A DNA stretch of 64,000 nucleotides from Eledone cirrhosa (lineage: Eukaryota): NCBI GenBank assembly GCA_964016885.1, contig OZ024741.1, forward strand, positions 180,978,001 through 181,042,000, written 5' to 3'. Shown piece by piece: positions 51,510-63,697 of the stretch. The notes under the pieces were generated by a model, which was given only the letters and a program-made list of their open reading frames with translations, did no database searches and was not told the origin of the DNA. A program made the position numbers and the translations under genes. Numbering within the stretch: the stretch's first letter is position 1; each line of letters starts with the position of its first letter.

Positions 51510-53810
51510 GAAGAAGTAAATGAAGATTTCAATGTATTGGACATAAGTCCTTCAGAAAATAGCAAAGATCGGAGAGAGAAAGAAAAGGTTGGAACAACAG
51601 TTTGGAAGGTTTAGAAAAATAGTTTTAAGATGGTTAGGGAGGGTAGGCGAGTAGTCTGGCTTGTGAGGTTGGGGGTCAAGGTGGAGAGTCCATGTGTGTT
51701 ATGAGTGCTGTTACTTGTGTGCAGATGGAGTGCATTTCGTGGGTGTGCATTATTGCTTCTGTGTGTGTGGTTTATGTATTGTTGGAAGTGTGTGTCTGTA
51801 TCTGCATGTGTCTGTGAATTTTGAATGTAGACTTTGTGTGTGTGTATGTTTATGAATGAGAGTATGTATGTGTGTGTCAGTGAATTTTTTGTATTGTTTG
51901 TGTGTGCATGTGTGTATACACGTGTGTGTGTCTGTGATATTCTTTATGTACATTGATATGTGTATACGTTAGTGTGTTTGGGTGAGTTTATGTGGTTATT
52001 AGTCTGTGTATGTGAATGCGTTTATGTGTGTGTGTGTGTGCATAAGTTTGTCTGGCTAGCTGTATCAATGTTTTATAAAATCACGGTCTTGGGAGTCGCA
52101 GCAGCATGTGGGGTAGCAGTCAAAGCTGGACTATTTCAGGAAGTGGCCAGAGAAGGGATCAGTGCGGTGGCTGTGTAGGGATCAGTGGAGTGACTGTGTG
52201 GCGCACAAAGAACGGAAGTGATTTGGAGTGAGTAATGATACAAGGTTGCTGGGATGGTGAGCTGTTGTGCCTATTTTGTGATAGTGGTGGTGGTGGTAGT
52301 AGTAAAGGGGTGTAGTGTTAATGTTTAAGTTGGACATGTTAGTATGATTTATTAGTTAATTAGTAGTGTTGATAAATTAAATGTGTATATTTATCAATGG
52401 TCGTGTTGGTGTGTCTATGTGTTGTGGGATGGGGCGGTGCTGTTGGTAGGTGCTGGGGTTAGTGCATGTGTGTTGGTGTGTGAGTAGTCCGTGTGTATAA
52501 TTGAGTAGTTAATTACTAGTGTTAGAAGAATTAAATGTGTATCATGGTTGTGTAGGTGTAATGAATTAATTAATTAGTTGTGTTGGTGTGTGTGTGTATA
52601 CTTTTTTTTATGTCTATGTGTGTTAGTGTCTCTATGTGCACTTGTGAATGGGTGTGTTGGTAAAGTAGCAGTACACGTGTGTTGTTGTGAGAGTGGATGG
52701 GAGGTAGGTGCTGGGAAAGGGCAGGTTAAAGGAAGATGGGTGTGGCATTTAGTCTGTGGAAAAAATAAGGTGGTCTCTCTTCAGGTGAAAGTCTGGGGGT
52801 ACAGGGCAAGCAACAAAGCTGAAAACAGGGAGGTGGTGGATGGAGTGTTTGGCGGCGTGGAAATATTGGGCGACCAGAGACTGGTTGCTGAGCTGGATGT
52901 CCCGGAGATGCCTGACGAACCTGTCCGCTAGTCGATGACTAGTTTGTCTAATGTAGACAGTCTCATATAGCATGCAATGGAGCCCATAGACAAGACTGGA
53001 GGAGGTGCAGAAGAAGGAGTCCCTGACTTGGAAGGAATAGCTGTTGGGACAGTGAGGGTTGTGGTGTTGGTGATGAAGTTGCATGTGTGGCAGCAGGGTT
53101 GCAAGCAAGATTGGGATCCGGAGGAGTTGGGGGGAGGGAGGAAACTGCGGACAAGGAGATTTCGGAGATTGAGTGTGTGCTTGAAGGAGAGGAAAGGAAA
53201 GACTGGGAGGTGGAGTGGTCTGACTAGAGGTAGTGGAAGAAATGGAGGATCATTTCTTGAGGGGCAAAGTGGAGGGGTGGTAGCTAACCAGAATGGAAAG
53301 GCGAGGGTGGGGGTAAGGTCAGTTTCACAGGCACGGGTGAGGGTAGCTTGGACCAAGATGTGTGTGTGGGGGGTAACCTTGCTGAGTGAACAGCCAAACC
53401 TTTCTAAATCATGGGTTCGACTGCTCAGGTGACGGAGGTAGAAGAATTGAAAGTATGAGATGGAGTGTTTGGTATGAGTGGGGTAGGATAAGGTGAAGAA
53501 TGGATGTCAGTAGGTTTGAAAAAGGAAGAGGGGAGAGTGTTAGATGGAGATGTTCAGGAATTTGATGGAAGTGGTGGAGATGGGGAAGTCATGGGTTGGT
53601 TGGAAGGAGCAGAGAAAAAGGAGAAATGAGTCAAGTTGCTCTCGAGTGAGTGAGGTGGTGCTGATACAGTTGTCAATGCAAATACAGTTGCCATATAGCT
53701 CGGGGATGGGGCCAGTGTATTGGGCAAAGATTTGAGCCTCAATGTAACCAACAAATAGGTTGGCATAGTTGGGGTCCATTCTTTTGTCCATTGCCACCCT
53801 GGTTACCTGT
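51510..53810 (-). mobile_element. Decayed Penelope-like element (RT + GIY-YIG) with long CA-rich 3' region
   Basis: VAM..RM.PNYANLFVGYIE (PLE RT), FFCTSSSLVYGLHC..VYIRQTSHRLADRF..HLRDI (GIY-YIG-like); frameshifted. Confidence 0.8.
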
Positions 53811-53815
53811 GTGTG

Positions 53816-53877
<62 letters not shown>

Positions 53878-54343
53878 TACATATATATTGCCATCGAAAT
53901 GCTTTAAGCTTGACTGTATATATTTTTTATAACGCATTGAGATTAAACTGTTAAAAAATAGGATTAAATCCCTCCTCCCTAAAAAAAAATGAGATCAAGA
54001 GTCCAGACAATTTTTCTGTTGATATTAAAAGTAAAGTCATCTTAAAAATTTATTCCTATTAGTATAGAATGTTTCTTTTATTATTTTATGTGTATCCAGT
54101 TTAGAATGAATACACTGTATCTTTTCATGTTATAAGAGATGACTAAAAGTGTCAGTACCAAAAAGGGCATTCAAGCATAAAAAGGATGCCATAATGACTA
54201 TGAAGCCTGTTCTGGGGCTTTTTAAGGCTAACCCCTACTCTAACAGGGAAATCAGCCTTAACATGCTTGTTAGAAATTTAGTTTCTTTTATTATTTCCAA
54301 ATTCCTGCTGCAAATTCACATCATAGTTCTTCTCTTCTTTCAG

Positions 54344-54450
54344 ATCACAAACGGTTTATGCGGACAGAGTTAAATATTCTTCCAGATGAGTTTGAAGAAT
54401 GCAAAATTGCTATCAATACCAATATTACATTTTGTCTGAAGGAACTTCGT
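54344..54450 (+). CDS. RAD9: RAD9 exon 7
   Basis: tttcAG|DHKRFMRTELNILPDEFEECKIAINTNITFCLKELR|GTaagt; conserved ITFCLKE motif. Confidence 0.95.
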
Positions 54451-54903
54451 GTAAGTTTCTTATTAATATATCATTGTCTTTGTCTTCAATCTTAAAATAC
54501 TCATTTGTATATTTAATTTCATGGTTGCTCAATGAACAGTAGGAGTTTCTACTTGGTAGAAATAGCAGCCAATTCTCTACCAAATTACTCTCTAAAAAGA
54601 ATATGTTAGATAACATGGTTCTCAGACCCTTGCTCAGAAAAAAGATATGGTATGGTCATGACTAATATCTTTGAACATTAAGTCTTCTCAATCAGGGTTG
54701 ACGACGAGTTAAACCATGACAATAGTAAATAATATACTGGAACCAATAAAATAACGAAAGAAAGGGAAATGAAAAAAGCTGATGATCAGACCAACCTTTC
54801 CATTGCTGATACTATCTGTGGGTCAGAAGCATAATTGCTTTTATAGTGACAGGAGGCAGCACTTGAACACAAAATGCGCAACTAGAAAATATACAAGACA
54901 TCT

Positions 54904-55810
54904 CATCTTCATCATCATTTTACGTCCGCTTTTCCCTGCTTGCAAGGGTGGTATGGGTCTTATTCAGCACAGCATCTCTCCACTTCTCACGGTCCTTCGT
55001 CATCTCGACCGTGAGCTTCAAAGATCTGAGGTCTGTTCTCACCACCTCTGCCCATGTTTTTCGTGGTCTACCTCTACCACGTCTTCCTTCAACTGGCATT
55101 TCCTGGCACTTCTTCACTCATCGGTCATCCTCCATGCGCATCACATGTCCATACCACCTCAGTCTCCTCTCCCGTACACTACATTCTATCCCTCTCAGAT
55201 ACAGTTTCTCTCTCAACACATCCATTCTTGGTCGTTCACGCACATTGACATTGCACATCCAACGGAGCATGCTTGCCTCATTTCTCTCCAGCCGTCGCAT
55301 ATCCTCTGCAGTTGCTGCCCATGTCTCACTACCATGCAGCATCGTGCTCCTCACACAGGCATCATATAACCGGCCTTTCATACGCAGGGAGAAACCCTTC
55401 TTCGTCAGCAGAGGATGCAGCTCCCTAAACTTCTTCCAACCCATCCTTATTCTAGATACTATGGCCTCGGAACACCCCACTCCCATGCTAATCTGATCTC
55501 CTAGGTACCGGAAGCTATCCACCACTTCTATAGCACCCGCCTGCATTTGAAAAATCTGTCTATCAATGCAACTTCTACTGTCTAATTTCCCTGTACATCT
55601 ACTGCATACGTATTTCTCCCTACCTGTTAGTTTACCTGCTATCCCACTACATCTCTTGTGTACCCAGGATCTGTATTGTGTGCATTTTATAGAATTTATG
55701 CCAGTTCCTTTTCTGCATATCGAACATGGCCATCTCCCTGACGGAATCAGAGTTTTGTCCTCTTTTCTACTCATCAACACTTTTGTCTTAGCAAGGTTCA
55801 CTCTCAGTCC
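54904..55810 (-). mobile_element. RTE LINE 3' fragment including PHD-like finger
   Basis: ORF 55118-55801 NLAKTKVL..WPCSICRKG..WVHKRCSG..FRYLG..RRLRWYGHVMR; (ATG)n tail. Confidence 0.9.
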
Positions 55811-56021
55811 TAAACGTTAAAAATTCCACAAATCCACTGCCCCACGAATGGTACTTTATTTATTGACCTTGAAAGAATGTAAAGCAAAATTAGCTGTGGT
55901 GAGTTAAATTTAGAGCACTGGGAACTGGAAAAAATACTATGAGGTAATTAATCCAATGCTTGTGTATTTATTGACAAATATCTATACGCTCAACCTTTTT
56001 TCAATTTTCCTCTTCTTGTAG

Positions 56022-56086
56022 GCTATTTTGCTTTTTGCTGAGGTAACCAATCTTCCCATCAAGCTCTGCTTTGATACTTATGGCAA
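56022..56086 (+). CDS. RAD9: RAD9 exon 8
   Basis: tgtAG|AILLFAEVTNLPIKLCFDTYG-AA|GTtagt. Confidence 0.92.
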
Positions 56087-56448
56087 GTTAGTAGGCTATA
56101 TTTTGTATTTCATTCATATTTGTACAAGTGGATATTACTAGTGCTATATATATCTTAGAAACTAAGTTATAGGTGTGTCCTTGTGTTGAAGTGATGAAAA
56201 TATATTAGCATAAAATCAAAGGATTTTTTTTAGAGAGAAATAAAAAAAAGAGAGGGGTTTATGAATATATATATATATATATATATATGAGTGGAGGTGG
56301 TGAGAACTGACCTCAGATCGTTGAAGTTACAGAGGAGATGATGAATGGAGAGATGCTGTGCTGAAAAGGACCCATCCACTTTTGCAAGCAAGGAAAAGCA
56401 GACATAGAATGATGATGATAATGATGTGTATGTATATATATATATATG

Positions 56449-56499
<51 letters not shown>

Positions 56500-56500
<1 letters not shown>

Positions 56501-57889
56501 ACAAAGGAAATGTGGTACGGAACCAGATGGACCATAACGCACCAAAGTACTCAATACTTAGGGTAGTAGAGTGGGTAATAGGAACGAGTAGGACCCCGAC
56601 GGCTGAGCTCAAGCCGTTTCGACGGGTAATTCTGGACTAAATGAAAATTTTTATTCTGGTAAATGAATAGCTGAGCTTCTCAGGGGGTAATATTCCATAT
56701 ATGGTAAAAGTGATTGTCACAAGGATTGGTCAAAAGTTTGTTGTTGAGACACACAATTCTATCATGGCATTTTGTGGAAGGAAGGGGTAGCTGAACTTGC
56801 CAGTAGAAGAAAGAGGGAGAAGGAGTGGAGGAAACCCAGTCATGCGTTGAAAGTGACGACTACACGAGAATCCTAAGGATAAGAGGTCAAGAGGGGGAGG
56901 GGGGAGGAAGTCGAAACAATAAGTAGATCTATATGGAGTAAATCTATATAGAAAAATAAGAATGTTAAAAATATAAAAAAACACAATTTCTGGTTACTAT
57001 TCCCCTACCACAATCATCAAATCTCTCACTAGACTATAGAAAAGTTTAATAGGTGGGGCGGGATACTAAATACGAGATTGTAGTGAAAGAATTTTATGAG
57101 TTAGTAGTACTCGGCCTAATCTATCTTACAATGACAGGTCAACAAGTAGGGGGCCAAAATACTAAAAAAACCTAATACGAAATAATAATTCAGAGTCCCG
57201 AAACTAATACGAAATATTAATTCAGATCCCAAAAATGAATACTAATACGATATATAAGGGTGGCGCTACAATACATAAATTCTAATACAAACTACATAAA
57301 TGCTCGTACGATATATAAGAAAAAATTAATACGAAAAATTAATTAAACCTGCACTACATCCACCGCCGGTCAAACCATCCTAGAAACATCACCAATAACC
57401 TGGTTAAAAACATCTTCCTCCGCATATCTCGTTTGTCCGCTAATGAGCAGATATTCGACGAACATGCGCCTTATTACAACCAGGCCCTCAGGCGGAGTGG
57501 CTTCCGGGAGGAAATATCCTACTGTCCAGCTTCCATTAGCGGAACCAGCAGGCGACACTGCCGCTCACGCAACGTAACATGGTTCAATCCTCCCCACAAC
57601 GCCGAGGTGACAACACTTATCGGGAAAATCTTCTTTAGGCTCATCGAAAAACTCTTCCCACTACAACACCGCTACCACAACATAATCAACAAAAATACCA
57701 TCAAACTCTCCTACAGGGGGGGGGGGGGGGGGGGGGTTTCTGAATTAATTTTTCGTATTAATTTTTTCTTATATATCGTACGAGCATTTATGTAGTTTGC
57801 ATTAGAATTTATGTATTGTGTAGCGGCACTCTTATATATTGTATTAGTATTCATTTTCGGGATCTGAATTAATATTTCGTATTAGTTTC
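56500..57889. mobile_element. Penelope-like remnant: coding fragment (57345-57715, +) enclosed by ~145-bp inverted repeats
   Basis: YIHRRSNHP..RLSANEQIFDEHAPYYNQALRRSGF..RNVTWFNPP..KNTIKLSY typical of PLE RT thumb/linker; arms 57200-57344 and 57743-57889. Confidence 0.75.
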
Positions 57890-57908
57890 CTATATATATA
57901 TATATATA

Positions 57909-58572
57909 TCATCATCATCATCATTTTATGTTCGCTTTTCCCTGCTTGCAAGGGTGGTATGGGTCTTATTCAGCACAGCATCTCTCCACTTCTCACGGTC
58001 CTTCGTCATCTCCACTGTGAGCTTCAGCGATCTGAGGTCTGTTCTCACCACCTCTGCCCATGTTTTTTGTGGTCTACCTCTACCACATTTTCCTTCAACT
58101 GGCATTTCCTGGCACTTCACCCATCGGTCATCCTCCATGCGCATCACATGTCCATACCAACGCAGTCTCCTCTCTCGCACACTACATTCTATCCCTCTCA
58201 GACACAGTTTCTCTCTCAACACATCCATGCTGGGGCGTTCACGCACATTAACATTGCACATCCAACGGAGCATGCTTGCCTCATTTCTCTCCAGCCGTCG
58301 CATATCCTCTGCAGTTGCTGCCCATGTCTCACTACCATGCAGCATCGTGCTCCTCACACAGGCATCATATAACCGGCCTTTCGTACGCAGGGAGAAACCC
58401 TTCTTCGTCAGCAGAGGAAGCAGCTCCCTAAACTTCTTCCAACCCGTCCTTATTCTAGATACTATGGCCTCAGAACACCCCTCTCTCATGATAATCTGAT
58501 CTCCTAGGTACCGGAAGCTATCCACCACTTCTATAGCACCTGCCTGCATTTGAAAAATCTGTCTATCAATGC
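57909..58572 (-). mobile_element. RTE LINE 3' fragment
   Basis: ORF 57926-58549, near identical to 54904-55570. Confidence 0.9.
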
Positions 58573-58815
58573 GATTGGAAAACGGACGTTAAACGAAGAT
58601 GATGATATATATTAAGTTAAAATCTCACAGTTGTGCCCTGTAATTAAAATAGCTCCAGGAAAAGGTTTTCTGAGCCCTATAATATAATAAAAGGAGGAAA
58701 ACAGAGATATACACATATGTGTTCAAATCACAAGGGACGTATGCTGCCAGGGTGAATAAATTATAAACTATGGATAATACGGTTCGCTAGACTCAAAAGG
58801 ATAAATTAAGAAAAC

Positions 58816-58895
58816 GAACCAGACAGTTTTTGGCAGAACTGTTTCACAACAAAGTGCCGAGAGTTACTAATCCATATGCTCATCAGTGGATGTTC
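58816..58895 (-). ncRNA. Type I hammerhead ribozyme motif
   Basis: Minus strand: CCA-CTGATGA-GCA..TGT-GAAA-CAGTT(loop)AACTG-TC-TGG; complete catalytic core and GUC cleavage triplet. Confidence 0.6.
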
Positions 58896-59019
58896 AGATC
58901 AATAATCTCAACACCACTAAATATCTTATGAGCATATGGATTAGTAACTCTCTGCACTTGGTTGCAGGACAACATCTGCATTTTTCTCTCTTAACACACG
59001 CGCATTGTCCAGTCTTGTA

Positions 59020-59200
59020 CGGCTTTTGCCATTTTTTTTTTACTAAAAAAAGTTTAGCCTGATAGTGGGGTTTAGAACCCCCTAAGAAATGGAAAAAGAT
59101 GAGTATTGACTTTCCATTTCTTTGAAGGTTCTAAACCCCACTATCAGGCTAAAATTTCTTTAGTAAAAAAAAATATGGCGAAAGCTTCTATTTCTAATTT
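59020..59200. mobile_element. Fold-back palindromic MITE (same family as 44940-45115)
   Basis: TTTAGCCTGATAGTGGGGTTTAGAACC / GGTTCTAAACCCCACTATCAGGCTAAA arms. Confidence 0.75.
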
Positions 59201-59276
59201 CAAACTCGCGCGCTGTTATAAACACATGCACGCACACACTCACACACACACAAGAATTGGGTGGTCTGAAATAGCG

Positions 59277-59493
59277 ATATATATATGAATGTATATATAG
59301 TGTTTTTTGCAATGCACTGTATGCTTAATTAAAAGCTTTTTGAAGATCTTACGCTATTGTTTTAAAATAGTGACAATGTCACTTACTTCAATTTTCAGCA
59401 AACGGGAGATAAGCTGATAGTATGGTCTTCAAAATGCTTTTAATTAAGCATACAGTGTATTGCAAAATACACTATATATACATTCATATATAT
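59277..59493. repeat. Long inverted repeat (~80-bp arms)
   Basis: ATATGAATGTATATATAGTG..CTGTATGCTTAATTAAAAGC..TTGAAGA vs TCTTCAA..GCTTTTAATTAAGCATACAG..CACTATATATACATTCATAT. Confidence 0.8.
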
Positions 59494-60342
59494 CATCATC
59501 ATCATCGATGTATGTGATCGCTTAACTAGCAAGAAGTAGCAGCCAAATATAGCCTAAACTACACTGAACTCTTTCAAGCTCCTCTCTCTCCTAACTCTTT
59601 GCTGATGAAGGACTAATATCTGATTTGTTGAGACATGGTTTTTTTTTTCCTTACAAGCATGAAAATAATAAGAATTCCTGTAATTGTTCTCTATGTTTAT
59701 CTTCTTTTTTAACCTTGAACTTATCATTATCATCATCACTGATTAATGTCTATTTTCCATGCTTGCATGTGTTAGATTGGTTGCCATGTACTTTGACTAG
59801 GTTTGGTTTCTACGACTGGTTGTCCTTGTTTATGACAACCACTTTACTGGGAGCACTTTATCATGACTCTAGCACTACCACCATACAGGGTGGACTGGAT
59901 GCTTTTTGTTGTGGCACAGGCACTACTGTCTTACAATGTAGACTGAGTGCTTTTTATCATGGAACCAACATTGAGGAGGCATTGGTAGGAGTGGCGGTTG
60001 TGGTGGGGCTTATGCACACACACACACACACATTGAATGGCTATAGTATTTGTACAAGTTACGTTTTCATTTTACTATTTTTTTGTTCTTTTCCACCAGT
60101 AGTGTCTTATAGAGTTGTGAATGTGATTAGGACGATTATTTATTTATTTTGTTCAAGTTATAGTCGTCGTGTTGCAATTGTTAAGGCGATTTGAGTAAAT
60201 CATTGAAGGGAAAGAATTCGTGCAAGCTTTCTTCTGTATGATTCAAGATTTACTTCCCTTCGTTAAATTGACCTGATTAAAATTAAATCTTTATTCGAGT
60301 GATTTCCTCTTAACTGTATTTAATAATGTAAGATAGTTGTTT

Positions 60343-61612
60343 TAATAATAATAATGAAATTATTGTGTACAGTGCTCAGGTGCACTACAACTCATCAAAG
60401 GTGCATGTATAGTACATAGAATAATGTACAAATGTCAGGAAAATAAACAGTGTATGAGTCATGATATAATAACAATAACAATAATGAAATATTGTGCACA
60501 GTGCCCAGGTGCACCACAACCCATCAAAAAAGTGCATGTACAGTACATAGGGCAATGCACAAACATCAGTAAAATGAACAGTGCACGAGTCATGATACAC
60601 ACATGTGTGCATGTGTATGTGTGTATGGAAGGGGCACATCAGGTGTAGTTTTGGCGTATTTCGGGAAGCATGAGTGTCTTAAAGGATGCAGTGTCTCGGC
60701 AGCTAACAATTGACGCAGGCAGTTTGTTCCATGCTTCAGCAACTCTGAGCGTGAAAAAATGTCTGCGAAAGTCATGGGAGCTGTGCTTTTTTCTTATCTT
60801 GTAGGCATGTCCACGTGTGTTAGACACATGGAGATCAAAGAGGCGCTCAGGGTTGCAGTTGGCGAGATGGTTAAAAACTTTGTGGGTATTCACCAAGTCC
60901 ATTGCCAGACGTCGGAGCTTCAATGAATCCATGCCCAGGGAAGCAAGGCGTTCAGAGTATGGTAGGTGTCTGATGGAGGGTATGCGCTTGGTTGCACGTC
61001 TCTGAACAGTTTCCAGGAGGTCAATGTTCCGAGCAAGATAGGGGTTCCAGACTGATGATGCGAATTCCAAGTGTGGTCGCACCATAGCTGTATACAGTTT
61101 TAAATAGATGGCTGGAGAGCGGCTAACAAAGGTCTTGCTGAGTGATGCCAAGACAACGTCGGCCTTCTTGACAATCTTAGAGACATGCTTTGTCCAACGC
61201 AAATCGTTGCTGACAGTAATGCCCAGGTCACGTTCACAAGAGGACTTTTTGATGTCAGTGTTGTGGAGGGAGTATGTGGACGCTGGATTTTTCCTTCCAA
61301 AATGCATGGTGGTACACTTGTCCACAGCCAGCTTCAGTTGCCAGTCTGTGATCCATTGCTGCATTGTGTCCAGGTCTGATTGTAGGAAAGAGTTGTAAAT
61401 TTCAGGATCAGTCCTTTTGATTTCAAGGTACAGCTTGATGTCATCTGCATATTTTAGTACCGTGGCATTCTGTAAGTTGGCATCTATGTCATTAATATAT
61501 GCCACAAACAAAAGAGGACCAAGAACAGATCCCTGTGGTACACCAGATGACATCTCATATGGTGAAGAATGCTGTCCTAGAACCGTGACTACTTCCTTTC
61601 GGCTGAGAAGGA
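60343..61612 (-). mobile_element. 5'-truncated CR1-type LINE with open RT C-terminal ORF (60639-61553) and tandemly duplicated 3' UTR
   Basis: SGVPQGSVLGPLLF, YADDIK, ERDLG, VRPHLEFA..WNP, LETVQRRATK, WNKLP; two successive 3' UTR+tail units at ~60343-60468 and ~60469-60602. Confidence 0.93.
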
Positions 61613-62369
61613 CCCTCTGGAAGGCTTGTCTGAGGATTCCATGACCTTCTCATGACTATGTGAGCAATGAAGAGAGTTATGGCTGGAGTATAAACTGGGA
61701 CTGTAGATAGAGTCTAAACTCAGCAGAACTTTCACAACATATCCTTGTGTTTTTGTTTTATAACTGGCTACATAGTCACCCTTGACTAAGCAGACTTTTG
61801 CATTAAGATATACCAACTATGACCATTTTGTCTTTTTATATATCTAGAACTTTATGAAAGAAATACATTTCCTAAATTAATGAAGGTCTTGCCAGATGCC
61901 ATGTCAGATTTAGTGAAGCTGTGGACTTTGCCATGGATAGGACATATAGTAAAAGCAGGATCTCCAGTATTGAGTACACAAATCTTTTGTTGAATACTCC
62001 CTATGGCAATGGAAGAAGGTTTCAAAGAAGATAGATATGGTGTCCCTCTTTTTAGCTGAATTGCAGTCAACCTACATTTTCCCTCTAATATGTAAGGCAT
62101 ATGAAAGAATGAAGTGCTAGGGAAAGAAGTGGAAGGAAATTTCAAAAAGATATAGGCAGAGATAGTGAAAACTGATCTCAAGAAACTACATCTCCCAAAG
62201 GAGATAACAATTGAAAAAAACAAGTGAAGCTTGTCTAACCCCTACAAGCATGGAAAATTGGATGTAAAAATAATGATGATGGTGATATTGTTTTAAAAGT
62301 ATTTTGTTAAAAATAATAAATATCAACAGTTTTTTTTTTAAATTCTTTTATCTATTTCTTTTTCCCAAG

Positions 62370-62501
62370 ACCAATAATATTCTCCATTCAAAGTGAAAGG
62401 TTGTTTGAAGCAGATTTTGTCTTAGCAACCCTTGATGAGAAGGAAGATAATATATGTAGTCAAGCTTTATCAAATAGCAGGAAAACTAACCACACAAAAA
62501 G
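62370..62501 (+). CDS. RAD9: RAD9 exon 9
   Basis: tttcccaAG|KPIIFSIQSERLFEADFVLATLDEKEDNICSQ..HTK-AG|GTagga; FVLATL ends the PCNA-like domain. Confidence 0.92.
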
Positions 62502-63613
62502 GTAGGATTACTATTTTAAAACTTATTACCCTGTAATGACTTAGTAGAAAATATTTCAAAATGGTTTGTAAATTCAAACGTTTAGTATTTTTATTAGTAG
62601 AGAGGTCTTTGTGGAAATTTGTAGTAAACTAACGTAAAGACTTACATTTTTAATGTGATGTAGTTATAGTGCTGATTTGTACTTTTGAAGAATGTCTTGC
62701 TAATGCAGTTTCATGTGGTACAGACATTAAGAGTTAACACTATATTTACTGTTACTCAAGGTTATTAATTTCAACTTAGTTGAAAGAAGATAGCATATTT
62801 GTTGATTGTTTTAAAGGCTGACTTCAAACATTCACCCCTCTCTGAAGCTGAGCAACCTTTCTGTGCTTTATACATATCACACCTGCCTAACTCACCTACA
62901 CACCAAAACACACACCCAACACACACAAGCTAGGCCAACACACTATTGTATCATACGCACATGAACCCACAACTTAAAAAAAGACACACAACATTTCTCC
63001 TTCTATGTATATATTTATATATGTGTGTGAGTGAGCGAAGGGCACCACACAAGAAACCATTGTCTAAAAAGAGTTGTGAGGACTCTTCAGTTGTGTCACA
63101 GTACGACAACCTCTCTAGTGTTGGTGATCTATATGATAATTGCATCCAGTACGTACTGTAAAGTGATTGGTGATAGGAAGGGCATCCAGCCATAGAAAGC
63201 TTACCAAACAAAGGTTTGGTGAATGCTTCAGTTGTGTCAAGGATATGACAAGCTCTCTTATGCTGGTGCACTTGCTAGAATGTGGGACCATACATGAGAT
63301 GCAGACCCCTCAGCCTGTCTGGGAGGTCAGTTACCTTGCTTCAGTACTAACTTGGTCTATGAAAACCCTCTTAACAACCCTTTTTTGCAAAGAAAGTAGA
63401 TATTAGATAATGATGGCAATGTATATAATATATATGTTAGTAGAAATAGAAGCTTTCGCTGTATTTTTTACTAAAGAAATTTTAGCCTGATAGTGGGGTT
63501 TAAAACCCTCTAAAAAATGGAAAAAGATGAGTATTGACTAGTCCTTGACAACATGTCTAATCCTTGTTAGCAGGGAAAACAATCATGATGATGATGATTT
63601 TTTTTTTTTCCAG

Positions 63614-63697
63614 CAAACAATCCAGTGTTTTTGCACATCCATCTAAAATACCATCAAAAAAGACAAAAGTTCCACATACAGAAGCTACAGATAATAT
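63614..63697 (+). CDS. RAD9: RAD9 exon 10 (C-terminal tail; gene continues beyond the window)
   Basis: Strong polypyrimidine tract + cAG, open in the expected phase (SKQSSVFAHPSKIPSKKTKVPHTEATDN), GTAAGT donor; no homology support. Confidence 0.7.
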
